A stretch of DNA of 64,000 nt. Origin: a virus. This document shows, piece by piece, positions 53,749-63,726 of the stretch; position 1 is the first letter of the stretch; each line of letters opens with the position of its first letter. Below the pieces are notes generated by a model. The model searched no databases, was not told where the DNA came from, and was given only the letters and a program-made list of their open reading frames with translations. The stretch is from the IMG/VR virus record IMGVR_UViG_3300045971_000277, positions 31,181 through 95,180 of that record. One strand, 5' to 3'. The translations under genes were made by a program, and so were the position numbers.

Positions 53749-56700
53749 ATGTCACGTTCGTTATTCCCAGATGGCGTCGAGGTTACGCAAGCCGACTTAG
53801 TTCGCGAGTCTGATGCACGCGACACGGCTTTATTAGATCGCTTTACTGACCTGACTCAGTTTGGGATCGCTAGCGGTCTAACCGTGACGGTCGCCACGAC
53901 GACGACGTGTGTCAAAATCGCAGTCGGCTCTGCTTATGCCGCGTCTGGCGAGCGCGTCGAAGTGTTGATGGAATTAGACAATAATAGCTTAGCTGATTAT
54001 TCTAATGCGGCATTAAACTACGTCACCTTAGTCTATACCGAAGTCTACGGCAGTCCGCAGGCGCATGAATCGTCTGGCCTTACCATGAACACGGCCGCGA
54101 CTGACTCGTACCGTGTGCGTGTGTTTACTGCGGCCCAGTATGCTGCACTAAACCTCTCCGACCCAAACTTTAGCAACGACGCGGCTGACCGTACCGTACT
54201 ATTGGCTATAGTCACAGCCAAGGGCGCTGGCGTTCCGCTTACTGCTGGCGATATACAGCTACCGACCACTAGTTCTTCAGTCATCTCGGTATCGCAGCCA
54301 ATCATCAGTGGCGTCGTTATAATGTCTGCTGCTCCGGTCGTACCGGTTGGAACTGGTCAAATTAGGTATACCGCTGGCGTACCTGGAACATTGGAGTGGG
54401 CTGCACCCGGCGGCACCTTCGGCACTCCGGTCTCGATCCCAACTGACGGCACATACACGTTAACGTCGAGCGCGGCTGCATACTCTATTCAGGTTAGTGT
54501 TATTGTGGCATCGCTCCCCAGCACGCTCGTCCCAGTCGTTAGCACAGTGCAGGTAACTAGTCTATACTCTACCACTATACCTCAATTTTCTGCTCGTGAT
54601 GAGGTACACCGGCATATGTTAGGCTCGGTCGCCCCGACTCGCAGCAATCCGCACGGGACGTCGATCGTCGATATCATTGGTGCCAGTGGTGGTGTCAATA
54701 CTATTTTACAGGAACACCAGGACAAGCTACACGCGAACGGAATTATAAAGAATAGCGCGTGGGGCCCATCACGGTCAACGTTAAAGCTCTCAATTCAGCA
54801 CACTGGCGGGTCGTCTGATGCCATAGCGGTTGGTGCGTTTGGAGCTGGCGACGAAGCCATTGTAAACGGGCTCAGCATCACCAGCATAACATCGGCTTCA
54901 TCGCCATTGTCATTCGCTGGCATGGTTACTGGGTGGCTTGAACTGTGGGGCATCTACTGTACTTATGATGTAATCGGAGTTGGAAGAGTTACCCGTGGCT
55001 ACGATGACACGGCACCGCTGGCCCGCGTACGGATGAACGCGACCGGGACTGGGGTGGGCGGGATTAGCCCCGACCCATTTGGTGGCCTTATCCAGGTCGT
55101 CGACGTTTCTGATGGGTTTGTAACATCAGCATATCAAGATTTTAACATCCGTTACACTCTATCAGACGACATGCTGTGGCTTGAGGACCCAACTACGACG
55201 CAATACCCGATTCGTCTGACTGCTCGCCCAGCTACCGATACTATAGTGCGGCTGTGGCACTACGATGACGTGCGCTGGGTCGATGTGTGGGTCCGTGGTA
55301 CTGGTTCATTTGTAGCCGACGCGTCTGTCAACATTCGTATATACGCACCTGCCACATCTAATTCAAGCATGCTGCTTGGGTATGTTGTGTCACACGGCAC
55401 GGCGACGACAGTGTTGGGGTATGGACTATACGGGATCCCAGGCATCACAACTAATAACGTTGTCGACCGGCGTTCGTTCGGCACACAATCTTATGATAAT
55501 TTAAGTGATGATGCGATTAGTAAGTTAACGACGGACGACCGTCATAGTAACACGTACACCCGTGGATTCGGCCTTGGCACGATAGCTGGTGGGTCGCTAC
55601 CGGTTCAAGGTGGCATTATTTACGTTGGCGGTAAGCGGTACGAAGCAGCCAATCAGTCGGTCGCGGTTAGTGATGGTGTATCATACGTCTATGCTGCGAT
55701 AGATTCAGCCGACGCGGTTGTGGTGTCTGTTAATACCAACTATGCTACCGCTGCATCACTCGGGACCGTCCTGTGGTCTATAACGGTAACAGCTGGGGTA
55801 TTAACATCGTCGAATCGGCTGATTAGGCTCGGCACACAGATAGAGGATAAACTCGCCGTCACGGTTGACCCAGATGGCATAAATGGTGCGTTTACTACGC
55901 TGGCCGACGCTGTGGCATATATCACCATTGTTGGCACTGGTACGCCATCAGAGATCGTCTGCCATCGCGGCACCTATGCAGTGTCTGCTCCCCTCGTACT
56001 GCCTGCCAATACATGGCTCCACGGCGACTCTGCCAATTCAGTTATCTTATCTAATTCTGGCTCAGCAACCGTTATAGTAACAGGCGGTGGGTGCAAGATC
56101 TCAGACCTATCAATCGTGAATGCGTCTAATACGAATACCGTTACTGGTATTCGCACGATCGGGTCTGATACGATCGAACACGTGACGTTTGATGGCGGTG
56201 CTCCTGGCGCACCAGTCAATGTTGTTGGGTTTGACATCACTAATGCTGCCAGCACCATTGTTGTGGTCTCCGACTGTATCCTAACTAAGTTTACGCTGGG
56301 CGTGCGCATAGCAGCTGGCGCTGTCAACGACGTAACAGTCCGCGATTGCGTCTTCACATTCGGGTTGGCTGTGGCTGGCACTAGCGCCATATACTCATCA
56401 GCTACTAACATCCTGACGGTATCGGATTGCTCATTTAACTGGAATACAGCGGTGGTCGGTACATACGCTAGGGCGGGTATACAGCTAAGCGGATCTGGCC
56501 AAGCCACACTAATCAACAATAATACAGCGTCGGACAATTCGGTGTTAACGGCGACACGTGATACGACGTTGGTCTACTCTGCGGCCACATCAACTGCTAT
56601 CCATGACGTTATCATCTCTAACAACGTCGTGACAGACACTCGCACGCTCTGCTCGCTGTCAACCACCACAACATCTACGTTGCGCGGCATTACAATCGAC

Positions 56701-58722
56701 TCCAATCAGTACACACGCGCAGCACAGGCTGCGTATGCGTCCGGTACTTGCGCTGTGTATCTCGCGTCGTCCGACACTACATTAAATTACCCGACCGTCG
56801 GCCTATGCGACGTGTCAGTTACAAATAATAAGTTTACTAATCCAGGCGCCACCGTTATCTCCACCATTGGTCTTGTTGGCACACTAAACGTCATCAATAA
56901 TACCATCCGTTCGGACGATGGTAAGGGTGGTATTGGCATTTCGGTTACCACTACCACGGCTGGCACCAATAACGTCGCGGTGGCTAATATAACTGGTAAT
57001 ACTATCTATAACCTACAGGGCACGTCTGGTAGCGGTGTCCACAATATTGGCGTATATGTCTATACTGCCGGACTGGTGCTGCACGCATGCAATATACTAG
57101 ACAATACACTGACGGCGATTGGCAATGCTAATGGCACTACAGGTGCTGATGGCTACGGTATACAGATATTCTGCAATAGCGGCAGCGCTGTTGGCGACAA
57201 GATTAAGATCAATCAGAATATCATTGAGTCAGTAAAAACGCATTCAATCCTATCAAATGTCGGTACGTACACAAACGCGCAAGTCTGCAGCAATACCGTA
57301 AGGGGCTACAGCGGATATGGGATTAGGCTATTAGGAACCAATATGCATGGGTCTCTGGTATGCAACAATACCATAACGACAAACGGCGCCGGAGCGTCGG
57401 TCGTTGGTATCCTAATTGGCCCGGGCATAACGGCTACCAATGTTGACCATAACGTACTATCCTATATCGGCACGACTGGCGCCACTGGCTGGCTATTAGA
57501 ACTAAGCTCAGCCACCGACTCTAGCGTCAGCTATAACACAATCGACACTTGCAATGGCAATTACGCTATCGTATGGACCGGCACATTCAGCACCTGCAAA
57601 GTTGACGGCAATCGCATGCTCAGCACGACTGCGCTTGCGCAGATCCGCTGTGCGGCGGCCACCAATACTAGCATTGATGACAATATATTATCAGAATTCT
57701 CTGCAATTGGAGTCCAGATTATCGCAGGCTGTACTGGGTCATCGATATCAAACAACAAGATGTCGGTTACAGCCGGAACCGGGCGCGGATTACAGGGCAT
57801 ATATTGTAATGCGAGCGTGACGTTCGATACGGTCAACATAAATAATAATATTATGAAGGGGCTTGGCCTAGCATTTAGTGGCACTGGCAACTTCTCGCCG
57901 ATCGATATCCAAGTCACCACAGTCTACACATGCTCATTTAGCCATAACAAAATAAAGTCTGTGGTAAACCCAACGGGCTCTGCTTCCGCCATTTACGTCG
58001 TCGGCACAGGAGTCTTTGTTGGTGCTGACGCAAGTAATAATGAAATAGACACTTTGTCTACTAAGACTGGTGCGGCGCAAAATGGCGGTGGCATAGTACT
58101 AACGTCTGGCATCGACATAAACGGCATAACAACAATTGGTAATCGTATATTCAGACATGCGGGCGCATCTGGACGCACGCATATAGCCATAATTATAACC
58201 GCTGGTGGCGCTGCCAAGACCGCGTATGACATAAACGCGTCAAATAATGTGATTGCTACCGATGGCAATTACGCGGGTGGCATATTTATTACTGCTGGGC
58301 CATCAGGACAAGGTATTGGCAACGCCATTATGTCAGGTAATGCTGTAGAGCTGGTCGGGGGCACTGGCTCCATTTACCCGCTAGCTATGCTCAGCAATAT
58401 TACCGGCAGTGGTAATGGCATATATAATACTGTTGTATCAAATAACTCACTCTATATGGTTCAGGGCGACATTGGCATGATTGTGTTGGCTACGGGAGGT
58501 GCTGTCCCGGATAAAGTGTGGGCTACGTCAATCATCGGCAACTCAATGCGTAGTGGGGTGAGGACTGCAGGAGCCGTGATTATGAACGGCGCGGCCACTA
58601 GCATCGTGAGCGGCAACACGGCTCCTAAAATACCGGGGACTGGAACCTACGTAAGCACATACGTCGTAGGCAACGCTATCGTCGGCGATGATGTCACTCT
58701 GACGCTGAACGTGGCATATTAA
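53749..58722 (+). CDS. Tail fibre/tailspike with long right-handed beta-helix (putative polysaccharide depolymerase)
   Basis: Baseplate-attachment N-terminus; HRHMLG...NPHG; GAFTTLADAV...GTYAVSAPLVLPANTWLHGD beta-helix cap; about 900 aa of I.NN.I repeats. Confidence 0.8.
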   Translation: MSRSLFPDGVEVTQADLVRESDARDTALLDRFTDLTQFGIASGLTVTVATTTTCVKIAVGSAYAASGERVEVLMELDNNSLADYSNAALNYVTLVYTEVYGSPQAHESSGLTMNTAATDSYRVRVFTAAQYAALNLSDPNFSNDAADRTVLLAIVTAKGAGVPLTAGDIQLPTTSSSVISVSQPIISGVVIMSAAPVVPVGTGQIRYTAGVPGTLEWAAPGGTFGTPVSIPTDGTYTLTSSAAAYSIQVSVIVASLPSTLVPVVSTVQVTSLYSTTIPQFSARDEVHRHMLGSVAPTRSNPHGTSIVDIIGASGGVNTILQEHQDKLHANGIIKNSAWGPSRSTLKLSIQHTGGSSDAIAVGAFGAGDEAIVNGLSITSITSASSPLSFAGMVTGWLELWGIYCTYDVIGVGRVTRGYDDTAPLARVRMNATGTGVGGISPDPFGGLIQVVDVSDGFVTSAYQDFNIRYTLSDDMLWLEDPTTTQYPIRLTARPATDTIVRLWHYDDVRWVDVWVRGTGSFVADASVNIRIYAPATSNSSMLLGYVVSHGTATTVLGYGLYGIPGITTNNVVDRRSFGTQSYDNLSDDAISKLTTDDRHSNTYTRGFGLGTIAGGSLPVQGGIIYVGGKRYEAANQSVAVSDGVSYVYAAIDSADAVVVSVNTNYATAASLGTVLWSITVTAGVLTSSNRLIRLGTQIEDKLAVTVDPDGINGAFTTLADAVAYITIVGTGTPSEIVCHRGTYAVSAPLVLPANTWLHGDSANSVILSNSGSATVIVTGGGCKISDLSIVNASNTNTVTGIRTIGSDTIEHVTFDGGAPGAPVNVVGFDITNAASTIVVVSDCILTKFTLGVRIAAGAVNDVTVRDCVFTFGLAVAGTSAIYSSATNILTVSDCSFNWNTAVVGTYARAGIQLSGSGQATLINNNTASDNSVLTATRDTTLVYSAATSTAIHDVIISNNVVTDTRTLCSLSTTTTSTLRGITIDSNQYTRAAQAAYASGTCAVYLASSDTTLNYPTVGLCDVSVTNNKFTNPGATVISTIGLVGTLNVINNTIRSDDGKGGIGISVTTTTAGTNNVAVANITGNTIYNLQGTSGSGVHNIGVYVYTAGLVLHACNILDNTLTAIGNANGTTGADGYGIQIFCNSGSAVGDKIKINQNIIESVKTHSILSNVGTYTNAQVCSNTVRGYSGYGIRLLGTNMHGSLVCNNTITTNGAGASVVGILIGPGITATNVDHNVLSYIGTTGATGWLLELSSATDSSVSYNTIDTCNGNYAIVWTGTFSTCKVDGNRMLSTTALAQIRCAAATNTSIDDNILSEFSAIGVQIIAGCTGSSISNNKMSVTAGTGRGLQGIYCNASVTFDTVNINNNIMKGLGLAFSGTGNFSPIDIQVTTVYTCSFSHNKIKSVVNPTGSASAIYVVGTGVFVGADASNNEIDTLSTKTGAAQNGGGIVLTSGIDINGITTIGNRIFRHAGASGRTHIAIIITAGGAAKTAYDINASNNVIATDGNYAGGIFITAGPSGQGIGNAIMSGNAVELVGGTGSIYPLAMLSNITGSGNGIYNTVVSNNSLYMVQGDIGMIVLATGGAVPDKVWATSIIGNSMRSGVRTAGAVIMNGAATSIVSGNTAPKIPGTGTYVSTYVVGNAIVGDDVTLTLNVAY

Positions 58723-58724
58723 TT

Positions 58725-59255
58725 ATGGAACAGCCAAAACTCACGCGATATCAGGCGAATCCTGCGACATTTGCTAAGGCGCATCGGACGGCCGAGAATA
58801 TCGACCGTCTGCTGATCCATACGATGGAAGGCACATATGACGGCACCCGGCAGTGGTTTGAGAAAGGCGCGACGGCTGCGTCCCATTATTGCATTGCTCG
58901 CGACGGCAGAATTGCTCAGTTTGTCGACGAGGCCGACATCGCGTACCACGCCGCCAATTGGGACTACAATGTGAGGTCAATCGGGATCGAGCTTGAAGCG
59001 GCATTGGACGCAAAGAGCCAGAAGCTCTATGGGTTTCCTCCGAATGACTTCCCCATTGTCATGCTGGGTAGCTTAGTCGAGCTTAGCCGATGGATCCTTG
59101 AACGGTACTCACTTATTATCCCGGATCGTCGTCATATTATTGGCCACAATGAGGTGCCGGACCCGCGTGACCCGACTAAGATGGGTGGTGCAGGTGGACA
59201 CCAGGACCCGGGACAGCACTTTAAATGGGATGAGTACATGTCATCTATACAGTAA
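58725..59255 (+). CDS. N-acetylmuramoyl-L-alanine amidase (Amidase_2), endolysin
   Basis: LLIHTMEG, ASHYCI..DG.I.QFV.E...AYHA, N..SIGIELE, IIGHNEV, H.DPG..F.W. Confidence 0.92.
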   Translation: MEQPKLTRYQANPATFAKAHRTAENIDRLLIHTMEGTYDGTRQWFEKGATAASHYCIARDGRIAQFVDEADIAYHAANWDYNVRSIGIELEAALDAKSQKLYGFPPNDFPIVMLGSLVELSRWILERYSLIIPDRRHIIGHNEVPDPRDPTKMGGAGGHQDPGQHFKWDEYMSSIQ

Positions 59256-59850
59256 GTTTAGGACATTTACCACCATTAGTGGCCCTGCCGCAGTTACAGT
59301 TCCAGCATAATACCTTTACTATCGGCGGGTAATTATTTTTACGTAGGTCTTTGTATATGCGCCCACCGGCTCCACTACTGCCTATGCGCTTCTTATGCGC
59401 AGATCCGTCATTTTGTACGTGATCTAAGGTTAGGCATTTTGGCGTAGACTCACTACACCCACATTCACAGGAGCATTTATATCCGCCGTATGCGCTAAAT
59501 ACTTCATCTCTGAGTTTTTGGTGTCTGTCTCTATTTTTAACCCTACACTTCTCGCAATGCACAGACCCAAGTATGGCCTTATCTGGACACGATAGACAAT
59601 TACCATGTGCACGCTTATTATCAAATCTTTTCTTGGCTCTTTTCTTGTGCCCGTCCATGCACTTCTTACATAAGCTACGACCCTCAGTCGCCTTATTCGT
59701 GCACTTTTGACATATCCCGTTAGCAGTTTTTATGGTTATTCTATCCTTGGCCTTTTTGCCATGGTCCATCCTGCACTGCTGGCACAGAGTCATATCGCCT
59801 GCATCATTATTGCAATAGCGACATTGATTGATAGACGGGAATCGTGTCAT
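59245..59850 (-). CDS. HNH-type endonuclease with multiple CxxC zinc ribbons
   Basis: Start set at ATG 59850; six CxxC pairs then VFSAYGG.KCSC.CG...LTLDHVQNDG...Y..L....YP...VLCWNCN. Confidence 0.8.
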   Translation of the reverse strand: MTRFPSINQCRYCNNDAGDMTLCQQCRMDHGKKAKDRITIKTANGICQKCTNKATEGRSLCKKCMDGHKKRAKKRFDNKRAHGNCLSCPDKAILGSVHCEKCRVKNRDRHQKLRDEVFSAYGGYKCSCECGCSESTPKCLTLDHVQNDGSAHKKRIGSSGAGGRIYKDLRKNNYPPIVKVLCWNCNCGRATNGGKCPKLTV

Positions 59851-59932
59851 GTAATGATATTTCCGTCTCGCGTCGCTGTGGCAATACAGCACTTCCCATG
59901 GCAGCCTTATATGGAGTCGATCCAATAAAGCT

Positions 59933-59964
59933 GAGGCGGCACCCGTCTGTCCCGGGGCCGCCTC
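59933..59964 (-). terminator. Intrinsic terminator of the minus-strand operon
   Basis: GAGGCGGC...GCCGCCTC stem followed on the minus strand by AGCTTTATT. Confidence 0.55.
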
Positions 59965-59992
59965 GCAACGGTTTCGACGCGTGGTCGGTCCG

Positions 59993-60163
59993 CTAAATCG
60001 CGATCGCTGTGTCTCCCGCTTTTTCCTTCGCACGCTCGGCGGTTTCGGCCGCCATCGTGCGCCCCAACGACTCAAAAAGCATCCGGCGTTCGTCTGACCT
60101 CAACTGCCGGATTTGGTCCAATACCACGCCGATCGTCAGCTTCTTCTGCTTTTCAGACTTCAC
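59993..60163 (-). CDS. Small hypothetical protein (56 aa)
   Basis: Start set at GTG 60163 with AGGAG RBS upstream. Confidence 0.55.
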   Translation of the reverse strand: MKSEKQKKLTIGVVLDQIRQLRSDERRMLFESLGRTMAAETAERAKEKAGDTAIAI

Positions 60164-60174
60164 GTAATCTCCTA

Positions 60175-60369
60175 TTAACGGCGCCAGCCAGCGGCTGCGT
60201 GGCTGTCTACCCTTGGACAGGATAGTATACGATATCCAGGTTCTTGGCAATCCGGACACAGGATGACGTCACCGTCCTTCGCCATCGCCTCAAACTGGTG
60301 CGAGCACTTTTTGCACTCGAAATCAAACATCTTGGCTACTTTGCCTGCCTTGGCTGCCGGTACCCTCAT
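60175..60369 (-). CDS. FmdB-family zinc-ribbon protein
   Basis: MFDFECKKCSHQFE...ILCPDC...RILS pattern; exact start uncertain. Confidence 0.75.
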   Translation of the reverse strand: MRVPAAKAGKVAKMFDFECKKCSHQFEAMAKDGDVILCPDCQEPGYRILSCPRVDSHAAAGWRR

Positions 60370-61397
60370 GTGGCCGCCTGCTCATTGTTAGCCTCAACCA
60401 TTTCATCCTTCGGCCCGGTCTTACCCTCCGGATCAGTGTCGAGTACCACAGCCTCCTTAAGGATCAGGCTGCGCATAGCATCTGCGTACTGATGCATATT
60501 GGTCAGGCTGGAGTCGCCTTCGATCCCATGGAACCGGCCCCACGCACGCCAGATCAAGTGATGGATGGTGCGCTGGGTGACCGAAGCTGAAATAACCGAC
60601 AGGATAGTGTCGCGATTTGAGTAGCCTGACTGTTTGATGAATTCGGCCTCAGACTTGAACATGCTGACGTTTCCCTGATAAAGCTCAACCGCCTTGTACT
60701 GCCGCCACGATTCAGGTAGAGGCGTCATCAGGCAGAGTTCACCCAAGTGCTGCAAGATGAGCGCCGCCACGCGCTCCTCGCGCTGATGTGTGAGGCTATC
60801 TTCGGCCTCACGCTCATACGTGGACCGCATCTGCGCCAGCGTCTCAAACCCGGCCGACACAGCGAGATCGTCATTGATCTCTGGCTGCTTGAACTCTTCC
60901 TGCTTCGACGTCAGCTTGCCATTAACGTACTGAGCAATGAGGTCGAGGTTAAGCGCCTCCATGTAAACACGGAAGAAGCGCGGGACGACGATAGCGACGT
61001 CTGGCTTCCACTTGACTTCAGGCTCAAAATAGCCCTGCGCCATAATCTCATACCGGTCCTGTACCAGCTTATACTGGACCTGTATCCACGACAGGATATC
61101 GCGGTCAACCTTGGCGGCCTTCGCTGCGTCGCGCACTACACCAAGCACGACGGGCTCGTAGAACTGTGCGGCCCCGCCCAAGACGTTGATGATGCGGACC
61201 CGCATCTCGTCCACCGGGGTGCCCTGACGGAACCCCTTGTACGCCTTGTCCAATACCGCCTTTGACAGCTTCTTGCTGGTTTCGGCCCAGTACTGGTCTA
61301 GCTTGGGCTCTAGCTCGTCCTTTGGGACTAGCGTCCTAAACTGGTACGGCGTGGCCTGCTCAAAAGCTTCAAATGACGCTGCGGTCGGTTCGGACAT
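60366..61397 (-). CDS. tig: Trigger-factor-like chaperone lacking the FKBP/PPIase domain
   Basis: Ribosome-binding signature KGFRQGTP in the N-domain; QPEINDDLAVSAGFETLAQMR (TF LPELDDEFAK..G.ETL motif) follows the N-domain directly; 343 aa. Confidence 0.7.
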   Translation of the reverse strand: MSEPTAASFEAFEQATPYQFRTLVPKDELEPKLDQYWAETSKKLSKAVLDKAYKGFRQGTPVDEMRVRIINVLGGAAQFYEPVVLGVVRDAAKAAKVDRDILSWIQVQYKLVQDRYEIMAQGYFEPEVKWKPDVAIVVPRFFRVYMEALNLDLIAQYVNGKLTSKQEEFKQPEINDDLAVSAGFETLAQMRSTYEREAEDSLTHQREERVAALILQHLGELCLMTPLPESWRQYKAVELYQGNVSMFKSEAEFIKQSGYSNRDTILSVISASVTQRTIHHLIWRAWGRFHGIEGDSSLTNMHQYADAMRSLILKEAVVLDTDPEGKTGPKDEMVEANNEQAAT

Positions 61398-63480
61398 TGC
61401 TGGTCTCTATCCTCGTGATGTGTTGGTTTTTAACTGCGGTCCATATTTGGTTATACGAAATGTGGTCGCGGATAAACGGGCTATGGGTGATAACAAAAAT
61501 GGTGCCCCAGTTAGACGCCTTGATGGATTCGATGAATCTGAGGGCAGACGCGGACGAGGCTTCGTCGAACATCCCGAAAATTTCATCCAATGCTAGCATG
61601 TTAGTGCCGCCGCCCTGCTGTACCGCTAGCTGGTTGAATGCACGGATAATGGCGAGTACGATCTGCTGGCGTTCGGCCCCGCTATATAGGGCAAGCTCGA
61701 CTTCGTCCTTGGGCCCCTCGCGGACGAAGATCTGGATCTCCGCCACGATGTCGTCGTCGGTTTTTGCGTTTGCCCGCTCTTTCCATGGGCTAAACCAGAC
61801 CTGGACTTGGCCATCCGTGAGGATCCTGATGTTGTCTGCGATTAAGTCGTTCAGCTTGGCAATGATGCTGCCGAACTTATATGCCTTGATGCCCTTATCG
61901 CCCATCCCCTTAATAACGGCTGCAAGAACGGCGACGCGGGCTTCGGCCTCGCTCAGCTTCTCTTTACCATCTGCGATGGACTTGACCAGCTGAACCCGCC
62001 TTGCCGCGACTTCTTCGTGCCGGTCTAATATATCGACGAGGCGCGCGATTTCTGCGTTTATGCTGACACAGCCGCTGTCTAGTTTATGTGCGTCTTCGCG
62101 ACAACTTTGGATACTGGCTTCGGTCGTCTTTATTACATTGGCCAGCCGCGTAATTTCGGATGAAAACCCGGCCGCTTCAGACGCTAAGCTACCAATCGTC
62201 AGCTGTACGTTATATTGCTTAGTTCTAATTTCACTGAAGGCTTCATCGCGGAGCCGCGTCGTCTCGGCCTCATCCTTGGCCCACTGCTCAGTTAATTCTA
62301 ACGTAATGTTATCGACGTCGTTCTTATATACTTCAATCTCTGCCTCTAAGCGGGCCTGATAGTCCAGACTCGTGGCGGCCGACACATGTGACCCGCACCG
62401 ATCACACTGGTCGCCGCCCCCTGGCTTTTCTACTAACTTGTGGGCCGCCTGATTCCACATCCATCTGACGCGCTCTAGATTATCGCGGATCTCTTTGGTC
62501 CGGTCGACTTTCGGGACCGTTGACGGTGCGGCCAGACTAGCATCAAGTCGCTGTAGCTCGTACTTAGCCTCTAGTATCTTTACATTGACGGCGTAGGCAG
62601 ATCCGTTAAGTTTATTTAGGTCAGCCTTCGCGCCAGCTAAGTCTGCACTGGCCGTATCAATATAGTCTTTGATCCCAGATGACCACGACCGATTCGTCTC
62701 AAGTTGCTCACTTAGCTGCATCACGCGCAGGCTGTGTTGGCCAGCCTCGTCTTCGGTGATCGCAGGTGGTGTCGCATTCAGTACGGCTTCTGCACCCTCA
62801 ACGCCAGTCTTGTGTATGCGAGCCGACGTCTCAGCCAGCGCGAATCTGGTGCGAGCCTCGACGCAGCACCGGTCCCAAACCGACATGTCGGTCAATTCGG
62901 TGATGAGTTGCATACGGTCTTTATTCTTGCCACTAATGAAGGCCAGACCGCGCTGTTGTGCCAGATATGACGTCGCCAGGAACTGGTCGTACGACATACC
63001 CAGTATGGCCAGGACCCGCTTGCGTGTGTCTAGCGTCTTGGTCCCACGTAGGTCGGTCCACTTGGCGTGGACTAGCTCTTCAAAGTATAAGTCGGTTCCG
63101 TCGAGCCGGTCGCCGTTTTCATGAATCGCACACGGTAGCGTCTCGGTCGCCTTATCCGGATACTCGCCCTTCCACCCACGTGTCATCGTCACCCGATATT
63201 CGCGCTGGTCTTGCAGGCGGAATCGGACTTGGGCCCAGCATCCACGCGACCATACTGAGTTGACGATGTCGGTGTCGCCCCGGCCCGTTGGGTTCTCGCC
63301 AAACAGTATATGCGTTATGCTATTGATCAACGACGTCTTGCCAGCCCCGTTAGCCGTTGGTGGGGTCCGGTCGTTATTGATGCCATGAATGACGACGACG
63401 CCTTGCTGGTCCAACGACAGAGTCTGAACAAGCCCGTTACTAAACAAGCCTGTTGCGTTACAACTCAATAATGTCAGCAT
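61369..63480 (-). CDS. sbcC: SbcC/Rad50-like (T4 gp46-like) recombination ATPase
   Basis: Walker A NGAGKTS, FISG..KDR, coiled coil with CDRCG zinc hook, signature YSGAE, Walker B LALDE, H-loop ITH. Confidence 0.92.
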   Translation of the reverse strand: MLTLLSCNATGLFSNGLVQTLSLDQQGVVVIHGINNDRTPPTANGAGKTSLINSITHILFGENPTGRGDTDIVNSVWSRGCWAQVRFRLQDQREYRVTMTRGWKGEYPDKATETLPCAIHENGDRLDGTDLYFEELVHAKWTDLRGTKTLDTRKRVLAILGMSYDQFLATSYLAQQRGLAFISGKNKDRMQLITELTDMSVWDRCCVEARTRFALAETSARIHKTGVEGAEAVLNATPPAITEDEAGQHSLRVMQLSEQLETNRSWSSGIKDYIDTASADLAGAKADLNKLNGSAYAVNVKILEAKYELQRLDASLAAPSTVPKVDRTKEIRDNLERVRWMWNQAAHKLVEKPGGGDQCDRCGSHVSAATSLDYQARLEAEIEVYKNDVDNITLELTEQWAKDEAETTRLRDEAFSEIRTKQYNVQLTIGSLASEAAGFSSEITRLANVIKTTEASIQSCREDAHKLDSGCVSINAEIARLVDILDRHEEVAARRVQLVKSIADGKEKLSEAEARVAVLAAVIKGMGDKGIKAYKFGSIIAKLNDLIADNIRILTDGQVQVWFSPWKERANAKTDDDIVAEIQIFVREGPKDEVELALYSGAERQQIVLAIIRAFNQLAVQQGGGTNMLALDEIFGMFDEASSASALRFIESIKASNWGTIFVITHSPFIRDHISYNQIWTAVKNQHITRIETSNVRTDRSVI

Positions 63481-63726
63481 TTACGCCTTTGCTATTATAT
63501 CGAGCATTTCAGCCGAAAGGGTAATCTCACCATTATCGACTAGTATCTGTACTATGGGTGGCCAGATTATGACATCGTCGTCAGCGAATGTTTCGATGAT
63601 CTCCATCATGATTTCGCCGTCGTCTTCTAGAATCTTATTGTCGAGCCACCGGCTAATCGCATCCATGTATTGCGGGGCAATGCCCACGATCTCTTCTACA
63701 TTATGCAGTTCTAGCGGGCGTCCCAT
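63481..63726 (-). CDS. Small highly acidic hypothetical protein
   Basis: 81 aa, 18 D/E versus 4 K/R by my count; coupled between the recombination genes. Confidence 0.6.
   Translation of the reverse strand: MGRPLELHNVEEIVGIAPQYMDAISRWLDNKILEDDGEIMMEIIETFADDDVIIWPPIVQILVDNGEITLSAEMLDIIAKA

Noticed and set aside
35898-58722. Interpretation as a tailocin or extracellular contractile injection system
   Set aside because: A capsid gene, neck genes, tape measure, homing endonucleases and phage recombination genes are present, indicating a true phage.
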